A stretch of 64,000 nt of DNA from Gnetum montanum (taxonomy: Eukaryota > Plantae > Gnetophyta), in the NCBI GenBank assembly GCA_015680685.1, contig MNCI01001539.1, positions 6,917-70,916 on the forward strand, read 5' to 3'. The position numbers and the translations under genes were made by a program. Of this stretch, positions 12,960-26,723 are shown piece after piece. The notes under the pieces are model-generated. The model saw only the letters and a program-made list of their open reading frames with translations. It was not told the DNA's origin and searched no databases. Position 1 is the first letter of the stretch. Each line of letters starts with the position of its first letter.

Positions 12960-14290
12960 TCTATTGTACATTAGGCTTCTATAGATTAATAAGTCTTGGC
13001 TATGTTTTTGTTAATGTGGTATCCTTCATAAAGATGGCGAAGGCTAGATTTCATAAGTGTAGCACGAAGCATGACTAATGATACCTCTTCTAGTAGCATC
13101 ACAATGTTGCATTGCACATTCCTCCATGAGAATTGATCATCTTAATGAAATATAGAGTTGAAGTCAAACATATAGGGATCATCATAGGCAAAGGAGGCCT
13201 CTTATTATAATGGTGCAGTTTAATCATTATCATCTTTGACATCATAATTTTCCCTTATAGGATTTTTCATATGTAGTGGGCTATTTGACCTATAAGAATT
13301 AAACATGATAAATTAGTGGTGTATGTCTTATAAATATTTTTAGAAAGATAAATATTTTAAGTCTTATATAATGGCTATATATGAGATAACTCCCACAACT
13401 ATTAGCACCATCCCTGATAATGATGTCAAATGATGAGTGGTAAGCAAGCCCAACACTCCATCATATGATTTACAAGTGTTATGATAGACCATGTCATAAT
13501 CCATGGATGGTATTGATGTTGGTATTTAGGAGGTTATTCACTAAATTATTGATCATTATCTTACCATTTTGAATAGTAGTGATTCCAGTTCATATCATTA
13601 GCTCAAATGAGATGTATAAATATGCTAGTATATAACATTGGATTTAAGTAATTATAAAAATATAAGTTTATGGAAGTTACTTAATTAACTAATAAATGAG
13701 GAACTAAACTCTAATCTAACCTATGGGTGATAAGCATTCATTCTTAACTTGTTAAACATGTCTTGAATTCATGTAATCACTATTAAGATTACCAAGTATT
13801 CATTGTTGGGTATACCAAGCAATATCACTAATGGGGTTACCAAATGATAATGTGTTTACACTCAAAATTGGTCATACTCATTTTGCCAAGATACTAATGG
13901 CAAAGTAAATCATTATGCTATGTGCATTAAGAAGTAAATAACTTAATAAAGCAAATCTAATCTAAATCAAAGTGCTATAATGAAGTGAAATCAATCTTTA
14001 TCTTAATATTATTGATGGATTATGTTCAAGTACAAGAAACCCAAATAAGACTCTTGAAAACTAAATTGACTTACATTATAGGCATTTGTTAATTGGTATT
14101 GGAAATCAAGAAAATAAACTACATTTATAGATGTCATTAATGTGGTAGATGATGAGTATTTATAGTTAAAATCATCTTTAACAACATTCCATTTGTGATA
14201 TCATAAGTTAAGCTACCATATTATATCTATAATGTTAGAAATATAATATCACACTTATGTTAATGCATCCAATTTATTGAGCATTCATCA
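12960..14290 (-). mobile_element. Truncated Athila-like element D: 5' LTR 13431-14290, decayed PBS, start of coding region
   Basis: LTR termini TGATGAG/TTCATCA. Decayed tRNA-Asp PBS at about 13409-13428. Coding remnant is homologous to 48800-49050. Confidence 0.75.
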
Positions 14291-15700
14291 GAGGTAAAGT
14301 TACATGAAGAGGCTACACCTGAACAACATCCTTGAGTTTGAGAGAGACTATAACACAAATTCAAAATATTACTTGAAAGCCTTTCATAATGTTTGTACCT
14401 TGTAAAACATTAAGAAAATATCACAAGTTGAAGCTATTTCTAAGAACACTCATCAAGGAAGCTAAAATTTTGTACTAATCATTAGAGCCTAACTCAATCT
14501 ATTGGTGGTAAACAATGATTGAGTTATTCAATAAAAAATACCAAACTTGTTTGTCAGTGTCAAATATGAATAAGTAAATTCAAGGATGGAAAAAAGGAAA
14601 TCATGAATCCTTTAATGCAACCTTGGATAGGTACTACGTATAGCGTCATAGATGTCCAAGCCATGGCTTCTCCCAAAAAAAAATATCTTCAACAAATCAT
14701 AAATAGACTTAGAAATAGAACTAGGGATACTCTTAGGATTTATGTCCAAGGAAGGCTATTCAAGGTAAGTATCCATAAGATCCAAAGACTCATTCATTGG
14801 AATGTCAATGAAGGAGAATCATGAAAAATGAAAAGTCAAAAAGAGTACAATTGGTACTCATCTCGTTCTAAGAAGGAAGTCTAGATTTTTTACTATGAGA
14901 AAGAAGAGGCACCACTAGAGGAAGTGGGATAAAAAAAATATAATTATAATGTAAAAGTGTATTACTGAAACTTTAGACAAGAATGATAAATTGTAAGACT
15001 CCATAGAATAAAAATTTCAATTCACATTGAAGATCATGGAAGAAAAAGTGGGGTAAGCAAGAACCAAAGAATAGGAAAAGAAAAATAAGAAGAAAATAGG
15101 AAAGGATGTTCATAAGCATAAAGAAAAAGTAGCTACAATAAGGATGGTTTTAGATTCCAATTAAAAAGAAGAATATGAATGTAACATTTATGAATATCCA
15201 ATGGGTTGTTTGATTGTCATGTCATATTTATAAGAATCTAAGGCATATGCTTTGAATCTTAAATTCATTAAGAAGCATATGCCCAAGATATTACATTACC
15301 TACAAGGCAAATATAGGTAGTCCTACAATAATACTACTATTCAAGTGGAACTTCTTCTTAACCTTAGAAGTAGTACGAATAGTATTAGTAAAACCTATAG
15401 TTATTAGGGATGCCATTACCTAGGCAACAATATTCCTATAGGTAATCTAACCCATATAGATACTATTTATAATAGCTTATTTCTCTAAATGGTCCTACAA
15501 CCCATGCTCGTTTACATTACTGTTTTCCTCCAAAATATCATAAACCTACAATATCATACATTGAATCACCCTCCTACATCACTTAGCATTATTTCTCTTA
15601 GTAGCATGCACCAACCTATTTACCATATGTTCCATCCTATGTAAGGTTAGTTACCACTGCAACCATAATAGATATTTCATAGAATTTGTAGATCTAGGAT
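14291..15700 (+). pseudogene. Decayed Athila-like gag fragment on the + strand
   Basis: KAFHNVCTL...KLKLFLRTLIKEAKILY*SLEPNSIYWW*TMIELFNKKY (Retrotrans_gag-like), decayed knuckle at about 15180-15230 and a Pro-rich tail; many stops. Confidence 0.75.
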
Positions 15701-18700
15701 TAAAGTTATTCATGATTTTTGTAATGATAATTATTTCTTGAGATCGATGTTTAAATGAGAATGTTTTGTTTCTTTGTTAGAGTGAATTAATGCTAAGTAT
15801 TCTTCACCATAATGTTAGCACCTTATGCTCACATAACCTATGATCCTCCATTTGATTGACTTTTACATTCTACAATGCAAGCATTACTCTAACACTTATT
15901 ATACACTTACTCCCATGTTTTGTTAGATCTACAAGGATATAATTACAACCTTAGCAACATGATAGAACATATAGAAGTGGTCAAAGAGGTTCCAAAAATT
16001 TCCTTGATCTCACACCCTTCACATCCCCACTTGGTTCTTCACTTTTTTGTCCAAGCACAATGATTATGAGTTTATTGTTAGTGCGATGATGAAAAATAAT
16101 ATCATTATGAACATGGTAAGAACCTATTATTAATGGGATGGATGGATTCATGACATGGCCTTATTGTTCAGATAATCAATCCTTCATAACTTTGACAACA
16201 TAAAGAAAACCTCACCTCAATGGGTAACATGATGTTGCTTTATTCATAAATGAGATTACCAACAAAGAAAATGAAAAAAAAATGTGCAAAATGTTGAAAA
16301 GGATAGGAAAATTTTGTATCAAGAAATAATAAAATGATAAAAAAAGTACAAAAAAATGAAAAACACTTATTAAGTTTTGATTTTAGGATGGGACATCTCC
16401 CCCATGACTAAGCATTTGATGATGACAAGAATTAGTAAGTGAATAGGTAGGCTTCATGCATTTGTGAAACAATGTTAGACTCTCATTTTCAAGCCACTGG
16501 GTGTCTTCTAGTTTAGTGGAAGTTGCATAGATGGCTTGTTTCACACACAATTGATTTTGAAATGTATGGTGGATCAGAGTAGGACTTGTGTGAACTTTGT
16601 GGATGTTTGGTCCATGACTGCACCATTTATCATGATTAGTTTTGCATGGATTCTTTTGTCTCTCCATGTTACTAGGTTCATCATTTCTAGTAAGTCTTGG
16701 AGTAATGATGGATGTTGGCCTTTACATAGGATTGAAGAACATTTGTTGTCAAAGGAAGGGTGTTGCACTTGATTGACATTGTGCTATTTTCAATGAGTGA
16801 GTAGGTCCATGAGTGTTATGCTTATACATGGGAACCATCCTAAAAAATGATGCTTTTGAGATTGTGGTGGGGACCTACTAGCATTATCATGTCTATGTAT
16901 GTTTGCAGCACAAGTGGCATTCTTTCATTGATGTTGTGGTGCTAAACCTTCGTGTGTTGTTGGCGGTGTCATGTGATGGAGAGGAGTACAGGAATATTAA
17001 GGATATGATGGAGGGTAAGAGGTGTGAGGTGGTAATCCTTCAAAAGATGTCATGGCTTGATGATATTCAGGAGAGTGGTAATGATGATTTAAAGTAGAAG
17101 AAGTACAACTAATTGTGAAAATAGATTGTTGAACATAATATCCATATGGGTTTGGATGGCAGTAAGGGTAGGGTTGGTTTGATGATGGCATTCCCCACAA
17201 CTATGGGTTTTCCACTATGTTTTATAGTAGTTTTGAGGTTGATAAGAAGTCCCATTAGGATTGTATGGTTGGTTGTAATACTATCTATAATTAATTTATG
17301 AGAAAGGTAATTTCTTAGGCATTTAATTTTGTACAAACTTGGGATTCAATGAAAAAGCCTAATACTCATGTAGATGTAACATGACTAGGCAATAGCCCTT
17401 TAGATAGTCATATAGATAGATGTCACATCCATCATTCTTGTTAGTGGTTAAGTCTATAGCCTCTTCTTCCACAATCATTTTCCTTTTTTATTGATCAATG
17501 TTCTTACCTATTTCTTGATTCCTTTTCCTCCTTTTGTTAAAATCACATGATTTTTTTTGCAGTACTCTCTCCTCTATGATTTCTATGCAAGTTGTAACTT
17601 TCTCATTTATCCATTCTGACATCTTATCTAGCCTTGCTTGAAGTTCAGCAATAGACTATTGCATTAGCAAGGTTTGTTGTGAAATCTCCTTATCGAGAGC
17701 TACCCCTTTTTCATTATCATAGATATGGACCTTTTTCTTTTCAAGAGTTGGGTCCCAGTGATTTTCTCAACATTCTCCCATTTAAATAGCTCCCCTTTTT
17801 CTTTTGCCACATGATCAATTAGCTTTTGGATTTGATGGATTCCTAGTTAATATAATTGACCTTGAGCATACATCCCAAGGATCTCTCTCATTTGACTAGG
17901 AAGCCCATATATGATGTGGAAACGTTACTCTTCTTGAGAGAAACCATGGCATGGGCATCTATTTAGTAGAGAATAGTATCTATCTAGGGCCATAACAAAG
18001 GATTCATGTTGTCCTTATTTCCATCCTTGGATTCATTTCCTTAGGTTCAACACCCTCACATAGGTTTGGTATTTCTCATTGAAGAGTTCCAACATTGTGG
18101 ACCACCAATGGATTGAATTTGGTCTCAATGATCTATACCACACTTTGGCTTTATCTATTAGTGTCCTAGGAAAGAGCTTAAGCTTTTACCACCTAGTTTC
18201 AATGTTTTGTAAGATGTAGGCATCATGGAAGGCTTGCAAATGATGTTGTGTATTAGAATCATAGCCTCTTGTGAATTTAGGGATACTATTCATATCAGGC
18301 CTTTTGATGTGACTTTCCTTGTGATACCTGTTGAGTATTTTAACTATTGCATCATGCTCTTAGTGGCCAATAAGGGTTCACTATTATTAGACATGTTACA
18401 GTGAAAATTTTTATTTCTATTTATCTAATTGTAATAATCTTGCCTATTCTTATTTTGATGTCTTTAATTTTTCCCTTGGATTTGATTTCTATCTATATCT
18501 TGACCCCATAGTGGAGCTCAATCTCTATACCTATGTTTAGCTTCATCAGAACTAGATGTTGAAGAGGAAGAGGAAGATGAGGAATTGGGGGAGTTGCCAT
18601 GGCTTCTATAGTGTTCCCCATGATCCCTTGATTTATCTTTTCTAGGTTTTGAGGAGGTCCTAAGACCTAAGGCCTTCCTTGATCTAGGACTTACTTCATC

Positions 18701-19881
18701 TCCTTTAGGATTGTCTACATTAGGTGAATGTAGTTCTTGAGTATAGTCATGGTGGTCATGAACATATGAAACCCTTGCATAAGGTTTCTCACTATAATTT
18801 TCTTTATTATATATCTCATTAGTTCTCCAATGAATTTTATATCCATACAATGCATTATCACTTCCTTGTGAAAGAGACATTTTTTTTAGTTAATAATGTG
18901 AATGACATAATATTTTCTAAGAGATAAATGATTAAAGCATTTACAATGATTGTGTATGATATAACTAATTGAGATAACTAGCACCATCCTCGGCAATGGC
19001 ACCAATGATGAGCGTCAAGGTATCCCCTAGGCCCAACCGTACAAATCACAAGCATTCACACACAATCCCATCAAACTCCATGGATGGGACTAGTTGTGGA
19101 ATCTAGATCATTATGTCTTGATCATAGTTCATTGCCTTCCTACTTGGACTAGTGGTAGCTTTGTCATGTATGGTTTAGTCCAGAGTGAGACATATGATAA
19201 TTGATGCTATTTTAGCCTTATGCTACTCCTAATGATAATTAAGGAATCAATTAATTAAGCTAATTAACAATGGAGAATAAAGTTTAAACTAGCCTATGTG
19301 TGATGAGTATTCATTCCTAACCTTCTGTACATGCATTGGACTTCGCATAACTACATCTGGAATTACCAAGTGTATCATTACTGGGTGTACCAAACGATAA
19401 CACTACTGAGTTACCAAGTAATCACACTTAAAACACTTGCGATTAGTCATACTCATTCTGCTTAATGATAAGAAATGATAAAGATCAATAATTGATAAAC
19501 ATTAACTAAGGAAAATAGTAAGCATTTAAGTAATTAAAAACATTAATAAAGCTAAGTGGATGTTGCAATGATGCAAGTAATCTTGATCTTTATTGCTGAA
19601 CATGTAACATGTCCAACTATGTCACACTCGAATAAGGATGTCATACAATCACTTAACATCATACTATGGGCATGGATTAGAAACTAACAAAACTTGAAAT
19701 CTATCAAAATCTATATCCGAATCTATTGAAATCTATATCCCAATCATGCATCCAAGTGTTGTATTTATAGGCTAGCATAGAAGGGGCAATGTCAAATCCT
19801 CGACATTGAAGGTTGTCCCTTGATATCGAATACTCGACATCATGGCTCTAATATCAGAGTCGTACAAAACATGACACATTA
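15700..19881 (-). mobile_element. Athila-like element E: 5' LTR 19006-19881, PBS 18985-19004, decayed gag, no pol, 3' LTR not seen
   Basis: PBS TGGTGCCATTGCCGAGGATG. Gag motifs FHDAYILQNIET..KLKLFPRTLIDKAKVWYRSLRPNSIHWW at about 18100-18240. Colinear with element A. Left boundary approximate. Confidence 0.8.
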
Positions 19882-20226
19882 CTAATCTAAGTGCTACAAT
19901 GAAAAGAATTGATCTCAATTTTATTGTTGTCATGTAGAAGTACCTAGGTACATCATACACTCAAATAAAATTTTGTATAATTAATTCAATCCATGCTGTA
20001 GGCAATTAGAGGGAAGTTTATCTAAGTCCTATAGAGAGAAACTACAAGAGCTTTGCTATAGTCCTAACTGAACAGTGCCTAAATGCAGATATTGTATGTA
20101 TTTATATAGGCTTCAAGCTATATAGCATCAATGCACATGTGCCAATGCATCTAAGGATGCATCAAAGATCATGCATCGATGGAAATGCATCAATGCAATT
20201 GTCCAACATATCATGATATATCAACA
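19882..20226 (-). repeat. Remnant of another related LTR into which element E inserted
   Basis: 19882-19930 matches LTR A at about 3256-3305; TATA on the minus strand; ends TATCAACA. Confidence 0.6.
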
Positions 20227-21424
20227 CTTATTCCAAGTTGTTAAGATCCTAGTCCTAAGTGGAGAATCATATGTTATGATAAATGAGATGAATTGAAGAG
20301 AGTAGCTAAAACCTAGTTAGAAAATGTCTTAAAGAAATAATGGATCATTCAATGTCATTTAATACATACAATAATTAGAGAAGATTATAATGCATAATTA
20401 ATGTGTGGTAACATTAATTCACTAGAAACCTATGCAAAACATGAGGTTCATGATTCCAACGAATAAATATACAAAAGCTTTAACCTAAAATTTACTTAAT
20501 TTTAAAATCAGTAATTGTAGATAACCAACAAAAACAACATTGCATAACTTTATTTACAAAGTCTTTTCTAACAATATTAATCAACCATCCAAATAGAGAA
20601 CTTAAGAAACTCTACTATGCAAAGATTTATTCATTTAAATTCTATTATAATTATGTATAGTCTTCACTCTCTATCATTATTATAGTGAGTATTTGAATTT
20701 TATAATATTATCTACTTCATCAATAGTGTCTACTTAATCCATAGTTACTAGGTGCTCAGTCAACCTATGTCTTTGATACTAAAATACCATTTTCCTAACC
20801 TAGGCCTAGGATACAAGTATGAAAGGTAGAGCTATACAAACAAGAAAAAGGAAGATAGAGAAAACCTTAGGATTGATGTAAGATTAATAGGCTCCAATGA
20901 ATAATTTAAATAAAAATAGGAACCTAACAAGTACAAAAGTGTTCTTACACTATGACTATATTTTTGCTTGATTGCATTGAAGTAGAAAATTGTTGAGAAG
21001 AAAGACATGGATAAAATTTAACATAAACGAAATATGATGTTAAAACTTAGCTTAAATAAGATTTATTAAGATAGTACAAATTAATCATTACAAGTTAAAG
21101 GTCACATCACTAATAATGATACTAGTACAAATCCAAATCACGAGAACCAATATTAAGAAATACAAATCCTTAAAGTAATAATTTAGTAGTGAGAACTACT
21201 ATGTGCTTATTATATCTCTTGATATTTGGTCCTAAAATATGAAAATATAAAGTTTTCTAAGCCTCATTTGAATCATTGAGTTTACCAACACCATTGTTTC
21301 CTGAAAATTATGTAATATAGGGATCAATACAAATGTGATTGAGTAGGACTAAAATTATAGCCAAATCCTTTGTGATTTATTGACTCTTGTGATGGATCTA
21401 GAATGAATGAAGTGCCATGGATCT

Positions 21425-21918
21425 AGATTTATAACAAAGAGATCTACTATAGAGGCTTTTTGATCCAATAGTTGTTGGAGAAATTTTGAAAATATAAAAA
21501 AAATCTACATATAATCTTCAATGACTTTGAAAAAAGCATATAACAAAGTGCCTAAAGATATTATTTGGTAAACCTTGTAGAATAAAACATCCCTAAAAAA
21601 TATATTAAAGTGATTCAAGCTATGATCAAAGAAGTTACTCCTAGAATTAGAATGATTTGTAGAATCACATATGATTGTTCAATTACATTAGGTCTATATC
21701 AAGGGTATACACTTAACTTGTAGTTTATATTGTTATGGATGAATTAATAACATAAATATATAATGCAATCTATTGGTTTATAGCATTTGTAGATAATATT
21801 ATGTTGATTGATATAACTCTAGAAAATATTGTTTCTAAAATAGAAAATGGATACATATTTTATAATTAAAAGAAATAAAAATTTGTAGAAGTAAACAAAA
21901 TATATAAAATACAATTTC
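21425..21918 (+). mobile_element. Decayed RTE-clade LINE reverse transcriptase fragment
   Basis: RSTIEAF..LLEKF*KYKKNLHIIFND.EKAYNKVP..IW..ITLGLYQG..L..VMDEL..IYWFIAFVDNIMLI..KICRSK. This matches the plant RTE pattern RSTMEAIFL..KKDLHMVFIDLEKAYDKVPR..IGLHQGS..VMDE..PWCMLFADD..SRTK. Confidence 0.85.
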
Positions 21919-22054
21919 AATTAAAACATAGACATCAATCAAATAGAAGTATTTTATATTAAGTGAAAGTTAAGGCAACACAGAAGAGAGATGAAAAACT
22001 AACCAATACGGTAAAATTACAAAGGTTAAAACGGATGTTAAATGTTCTACAAAC

Positions 22055-23098
22055 CTGAAAAGTATTGTTAGTTTTTAATGAAGTTCTTGCAGTTGTGATA
22101 GGCCTTCCCACGAACGCTTATGCGAGACATCTCGGTTGTCACATTTCTGGCAGCAAGAGTGCTTCAGTATACGGTTATCTCCAGAACAACTTTCCCAGAA
22201 CCATAAGCAGAATTGTGAAGAAAAGGAGATCCATTGCATCATCGATTTTATTAAACATGGATAACATGTCATTGTAACGTGAAGATAATTGATAGAGCAG
22301 GGCATGAAAAATGCACATGGCCTTAATGGTAGCTCACTATAGTAACGTCCAACTCGATCTTACTGCAACTTCTGAATTCTGGGGAAATGTCCCATCATAT
22401 CTCTAAGATCTTTGTGGATCAGAACAGATATTAACGGATAGAAATTTAATATGTTGCATACATCTGGAGCAAAATTAGGCCATACTTAAATTGGTTTGCA
22501 GGAAATTACAGTTAGGAGCATTGATGTTCACTTGTAATGTGCTGTACTGATGAGGGACATGTACTCAAAGCGTGAGAGTAGCCAGGTTTGGACAGTTAAT
22601 AATGATGGTACGTGAAGTATAATACATAGCAAAAGGAATGATCGGATATCAATCTCGAATATTCTCCAGTGAAAACCCGCAGATTCAGCAACCAACTTTT
22701 TTAGACGCTTGCAGGAATTGACAAGCTTGATGAGGCATTTAACTTCCTAAGTTCAATATCAGGATAAAATAAATGTAAATCTAAGTTTTCCAGATTTTCG
22801 GTGTGCTTCTGGACCATAAAGTTGACATAGCTCAGCACAGTTTCGCATACATGCTCAGTGGTTAGCATATGAAGAGACTTCCACTTGCCACCGGTGACGC
22901 TGTGACTTCTAAATACACTTGCAAAACTTTTCAATAATCAAACAAACTTGTTTCTTTGACTTTCCGAATGATACTATCTACTATTAATATTGTTAGTATT
23001 TTTCTTGCACGCATGCAACGGCACACATCACGATTTTTAGTATTTTTCTTGCACGCATGCAACGGCACACATTCCGGTTTTGATAATTGCTCCAGCAT
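22055..23098 (-). pseudogene. F-box/LRR (FBD-type)-like pseudogene
   Basis: CpG-retaining island. N-terminal ILTILIVDSIIRKVKETSL..KSFASVFRS resembles an F-box. VNFMVQKHTENLENLDL, TIIINCPNLATLTL, VNINAPNCNFL and DLRDMMGHFPRIQKL resemble F-box/LRR repeats. Frameshifts and stops present. Confidence 0.6.
22993..23072. repeat. Tandem duplication, 44-bp period, 36 bp identical
   Basis: TTAGTATTTTTCTTGCACGCATGCAACGGCACACAT at 22993 and 23037. Confidence 0.95.
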
Positions 23099-23142
23099 GA
23101 AACAAATAAACTTGTAAAGTGCACAAAACTTTTCAACCAAAC

Positions 23143-25137
23143 TGTTGATGCATAAATTTTTGATATAACAACACTCAAAGAAAATGACTATTGTGTAGGG
23201 TGCCTTGCCTTTAGTATGGTATGGGAATCAGGAATAGTCTTAGCTCATAGGGCAATGCGACGTTTCATGACAAATAAAGATGTTCGATCTTAACAAGGAA
23301 ATATAAAAAGCGGTTTAAGATAAATTTGCCAAAAAATTCTATTTTTAAAAAATTTTCAATAATAAAACTTCTATATCAATAAAACATGAAATTAAAGTAG
23401 CTAACCGCTTGGATAGGATTAATCTAAGTTTTGAAGTAAAACAGGTTCTGTGTTAAATCCATAGCATAGAGACCATAGTTTAATTGTAGAAATATAAAAT
23501 GAGGGAATGAAATGATGACTTAGCTCAAAAACAAGGACAGATGGAATGACTCTTGGTGAAACCTTGCCTACTAATGCTTGAAAGAAGCACATCTCTTCTA
23601 ATGAGCTTGCAACCTCTTACGGTTGAATATATCCTTTGCTCTACCCCCAAACTACCTCTAGAAGAGCCATTGAACAGGCAACCAAAGTAAGATAGAACCT
23701 TGGGATTTTTCACAATGACTCCACTTGGAGAAAACCCCACCATTGTAGCTAGCTTTTTGCTTCATGTCCCTATCCTCTTTTCTTGCTAGGGAATTTATAA
23801 GGACCCGTCTAGCACATGAGGAGCTACCACCCGTGCGTAACAACCATGGTAATTACTACCCATGTGTAACGTCCATTGTAATATTCACTGTCACCACCTA
23901 CGCATAATGTCCACTGTAACGTCCACCGATTATGTGTTAAAACAACAATGGACACCACCAATCACGTCACAAAGAAATGCGTAGCTCCCACCACCCATGT
24001 GTAAGCAATGGCTACAAGAATGTGCAATTGTAAAAATGAGAAGGAACCATGCCCCAACTGCTACTCAACAGGCACCTACATAGACTTGGCATAAGAGAAA
24101 CATGCTGCTATAAAAATATGCAGCAATGGGAGAGAACTCTACTGAAAATAGAAACTTTTGTTTCCATGGGAGAATAAAAACTCCAATGCCATCTCATGTT
24201 CTGTTTCCATTTGCAACAACATTGTCTAGCAGAAGTGTCCTCTGCCCATCACGTTGCATACAAGAAGCCACCTTGCAACCACTTACATTGTCACCATTTT
24301 CATTGGAGTTGCAAAGGAGGCTTCAAAAGAAGATTCCCTACAATTTTCCATTACAATACCCAATATCTTTGCCATGCCAAAATCAACCAAGCATGCCTTC
24401 ATTCATGGTAAAGATAGACAAGAAAAGTTGCAAATTTTCTATAACTTCTATTTCTTTTGTGTACCATTTGCAGATTTTCCATAAATGGATTGTGTGGTTT
24501 TAAATTGTGTAGGAAAACAAAAATTGCAGCTAAACTTTTATTACTATGGTAGGTAACATTTGCATCTACATGGAAGGTGGGACAAATGGGAAAACATGTA
24601 GAGGAAAGATGGCACAAAGGATCACTATAAACGAATAGTTTTGATTACAAACTAAGAAACTCCTTGGAAGCTAAATAATTCATAGTTGTCCATAGGGAGA
24701 TGGAACCATAGCTGGTATCTAAGAATACCAACTTTTAATCACTTCACACCCTAACTTCTTTATTTCTTTTTTTCTATTAAGGGATAATGATAGGTTGCAT
24801 AAGTGATATTCTCATTGGTTTGTTAGGTAAAGGTTGGTACATAAAGTCATACTTAAGTTATCATTAAACTCCTCTGTAAGTTCTTTAAATTCTCTAAATT
24901 ATCATGTTTAATGCCTAACTATGATTGTCAAGCCAAAGAATGACTATAGATATACTTTATGATGTATGGCCAACATGATAAGTATTGAGCAATAGAGCCA
25001 TTTCTAAATTGTAACTCAAAGTTGCAACCAATTTCATTACAAGATAATGAGCTAAAACCATAGGATTTTTAGCTATCAATGGACTAGAACTTATGGAATC
25101 AAGGCCTCATGCTAGCATGGGAGTGTTGGCACCAAAA
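23143..25137 (-). repeat. 3' LTR of Tat-like element, about 2.0 kb
   Basis: Direct repeat of 30268-32093; PPT adjacent. Confidence 0.9.
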
Positions 25138-26723
25138 CTCAGCCCCCAAACTAGAAATTACATGCAAATGCAAGAATAGTAAAACCATAGAAATTTTAAA
25201 AGGGGATGCAAAAGATAAGGAATCAAAAGGTTTGAAAACACTAACAAATTAAAATTTGAAAGCAAACCATACCATTTTAAACATGATTAAAATAATTATA
25301 TAATCAAGGGAGTACTAAACATGAGCCACCAAACACACCACCTTGTTTAATCAAGATTTAAACATATACTCTTTATAAATCATAATTTTAACTACACACA
25401 CANTGCAAGTTTAGAAAGGGAATGGGTGGAAAGGGATAAGGGAAAATGAAGAAAATTAGGAAATGGGAAGGGAATATTTGCTTTTCTATTTTTTTGAATT
25501 TTGAGAAAATAGGTTTAAAAGGGGAATGGAGGCTACGATAAGGGTTGTTGCTAGACCTCATCACACTTAAGAACTTATTACACTGCCAATGAACATGGAC
25601 ATCACTTTTTGAGGAAACTTGGCCTATGGTGTACTTCATTCTTAAGGTAGGAATTCCAACATGATTTTGGCCGATTAGCTAAACTACCAAAGAACATGGT
25701 CCTTTGAAAACTTTTCCCATGATGTAGTTCAACTCTCATGTATATGGCTTTGATTATAATCTAGATGGCATCATAGTAGGTCTTCTGGGTGGCTAAGGAT
25801 TCTCAGGTGGAGAGGAACACACTTCATCTTGTTGCTGATAGGATAGCCATGGATTGTCACCCTTGAGGGCTAGGGCTTATGAGAGGAAAAATGGAATTTT
25901 CTAAGGTCACCTAGTGATTGTGGCTAACCATTCTTCAAACTCACATATCCTACATTCACATGAACATGATAAGTTAGCACAAATCCCATCCTCCATAATC
26001 CAACATAACTAATAAATCCTTTACCTTGAAAAAGATTGGAAAAAATCATAAAATAATTAAAGTATATCATATAAGATGATTCTATATAATATGAATATGA
26101 TATAACATGAGTATTATACTAGCATTATTTTCAAATGGTGTTATGATGATCCAATGCCTAGTAACTTAAATGATCATAATGATTATTAAAATCATATAAA
26201 AAGCACAAATCAAACTAAATCCAATATGCTAAGAAAGAGATGATGAAAATCCAAATAAAATATGCAAATGCAACTATATACAAATGAAATTCATGAAGAA
26301 AGAGAAGAAAGCATGAAACTAGAGATCTACTAGGTGTCCGTGTGGGGAACCTAAGTAGAAATGCTTTAAATAAAATGTATTAAAATTTCTATTTGATTTT
26401 TATCCTTGCAAATTAACGATCTTATAAACATTGGGGCCAATGATATTTGTGATTTGATATGGACCTATCTACATAGTAGGAAACTTATTTTTAGAACATG
26501 TTCAACTAGAAGCTCTATCTCTTTTTAGAACTAGATCTTCTATTTTAAAGACTTTACTTGTATATTTCTTGTCAAACTATCTTTTAACAATTTGTTAATA
26601 ATTAAGGTTACAAAAATAAATACATAATTATTTTCTAACATGCACTAAATTTGATGTCCAACTTGAATGTTTCACAAGATAAATAATTTTAGATTCTAAA
26701 AGTTTATCAATGTCTTCTTTCAT

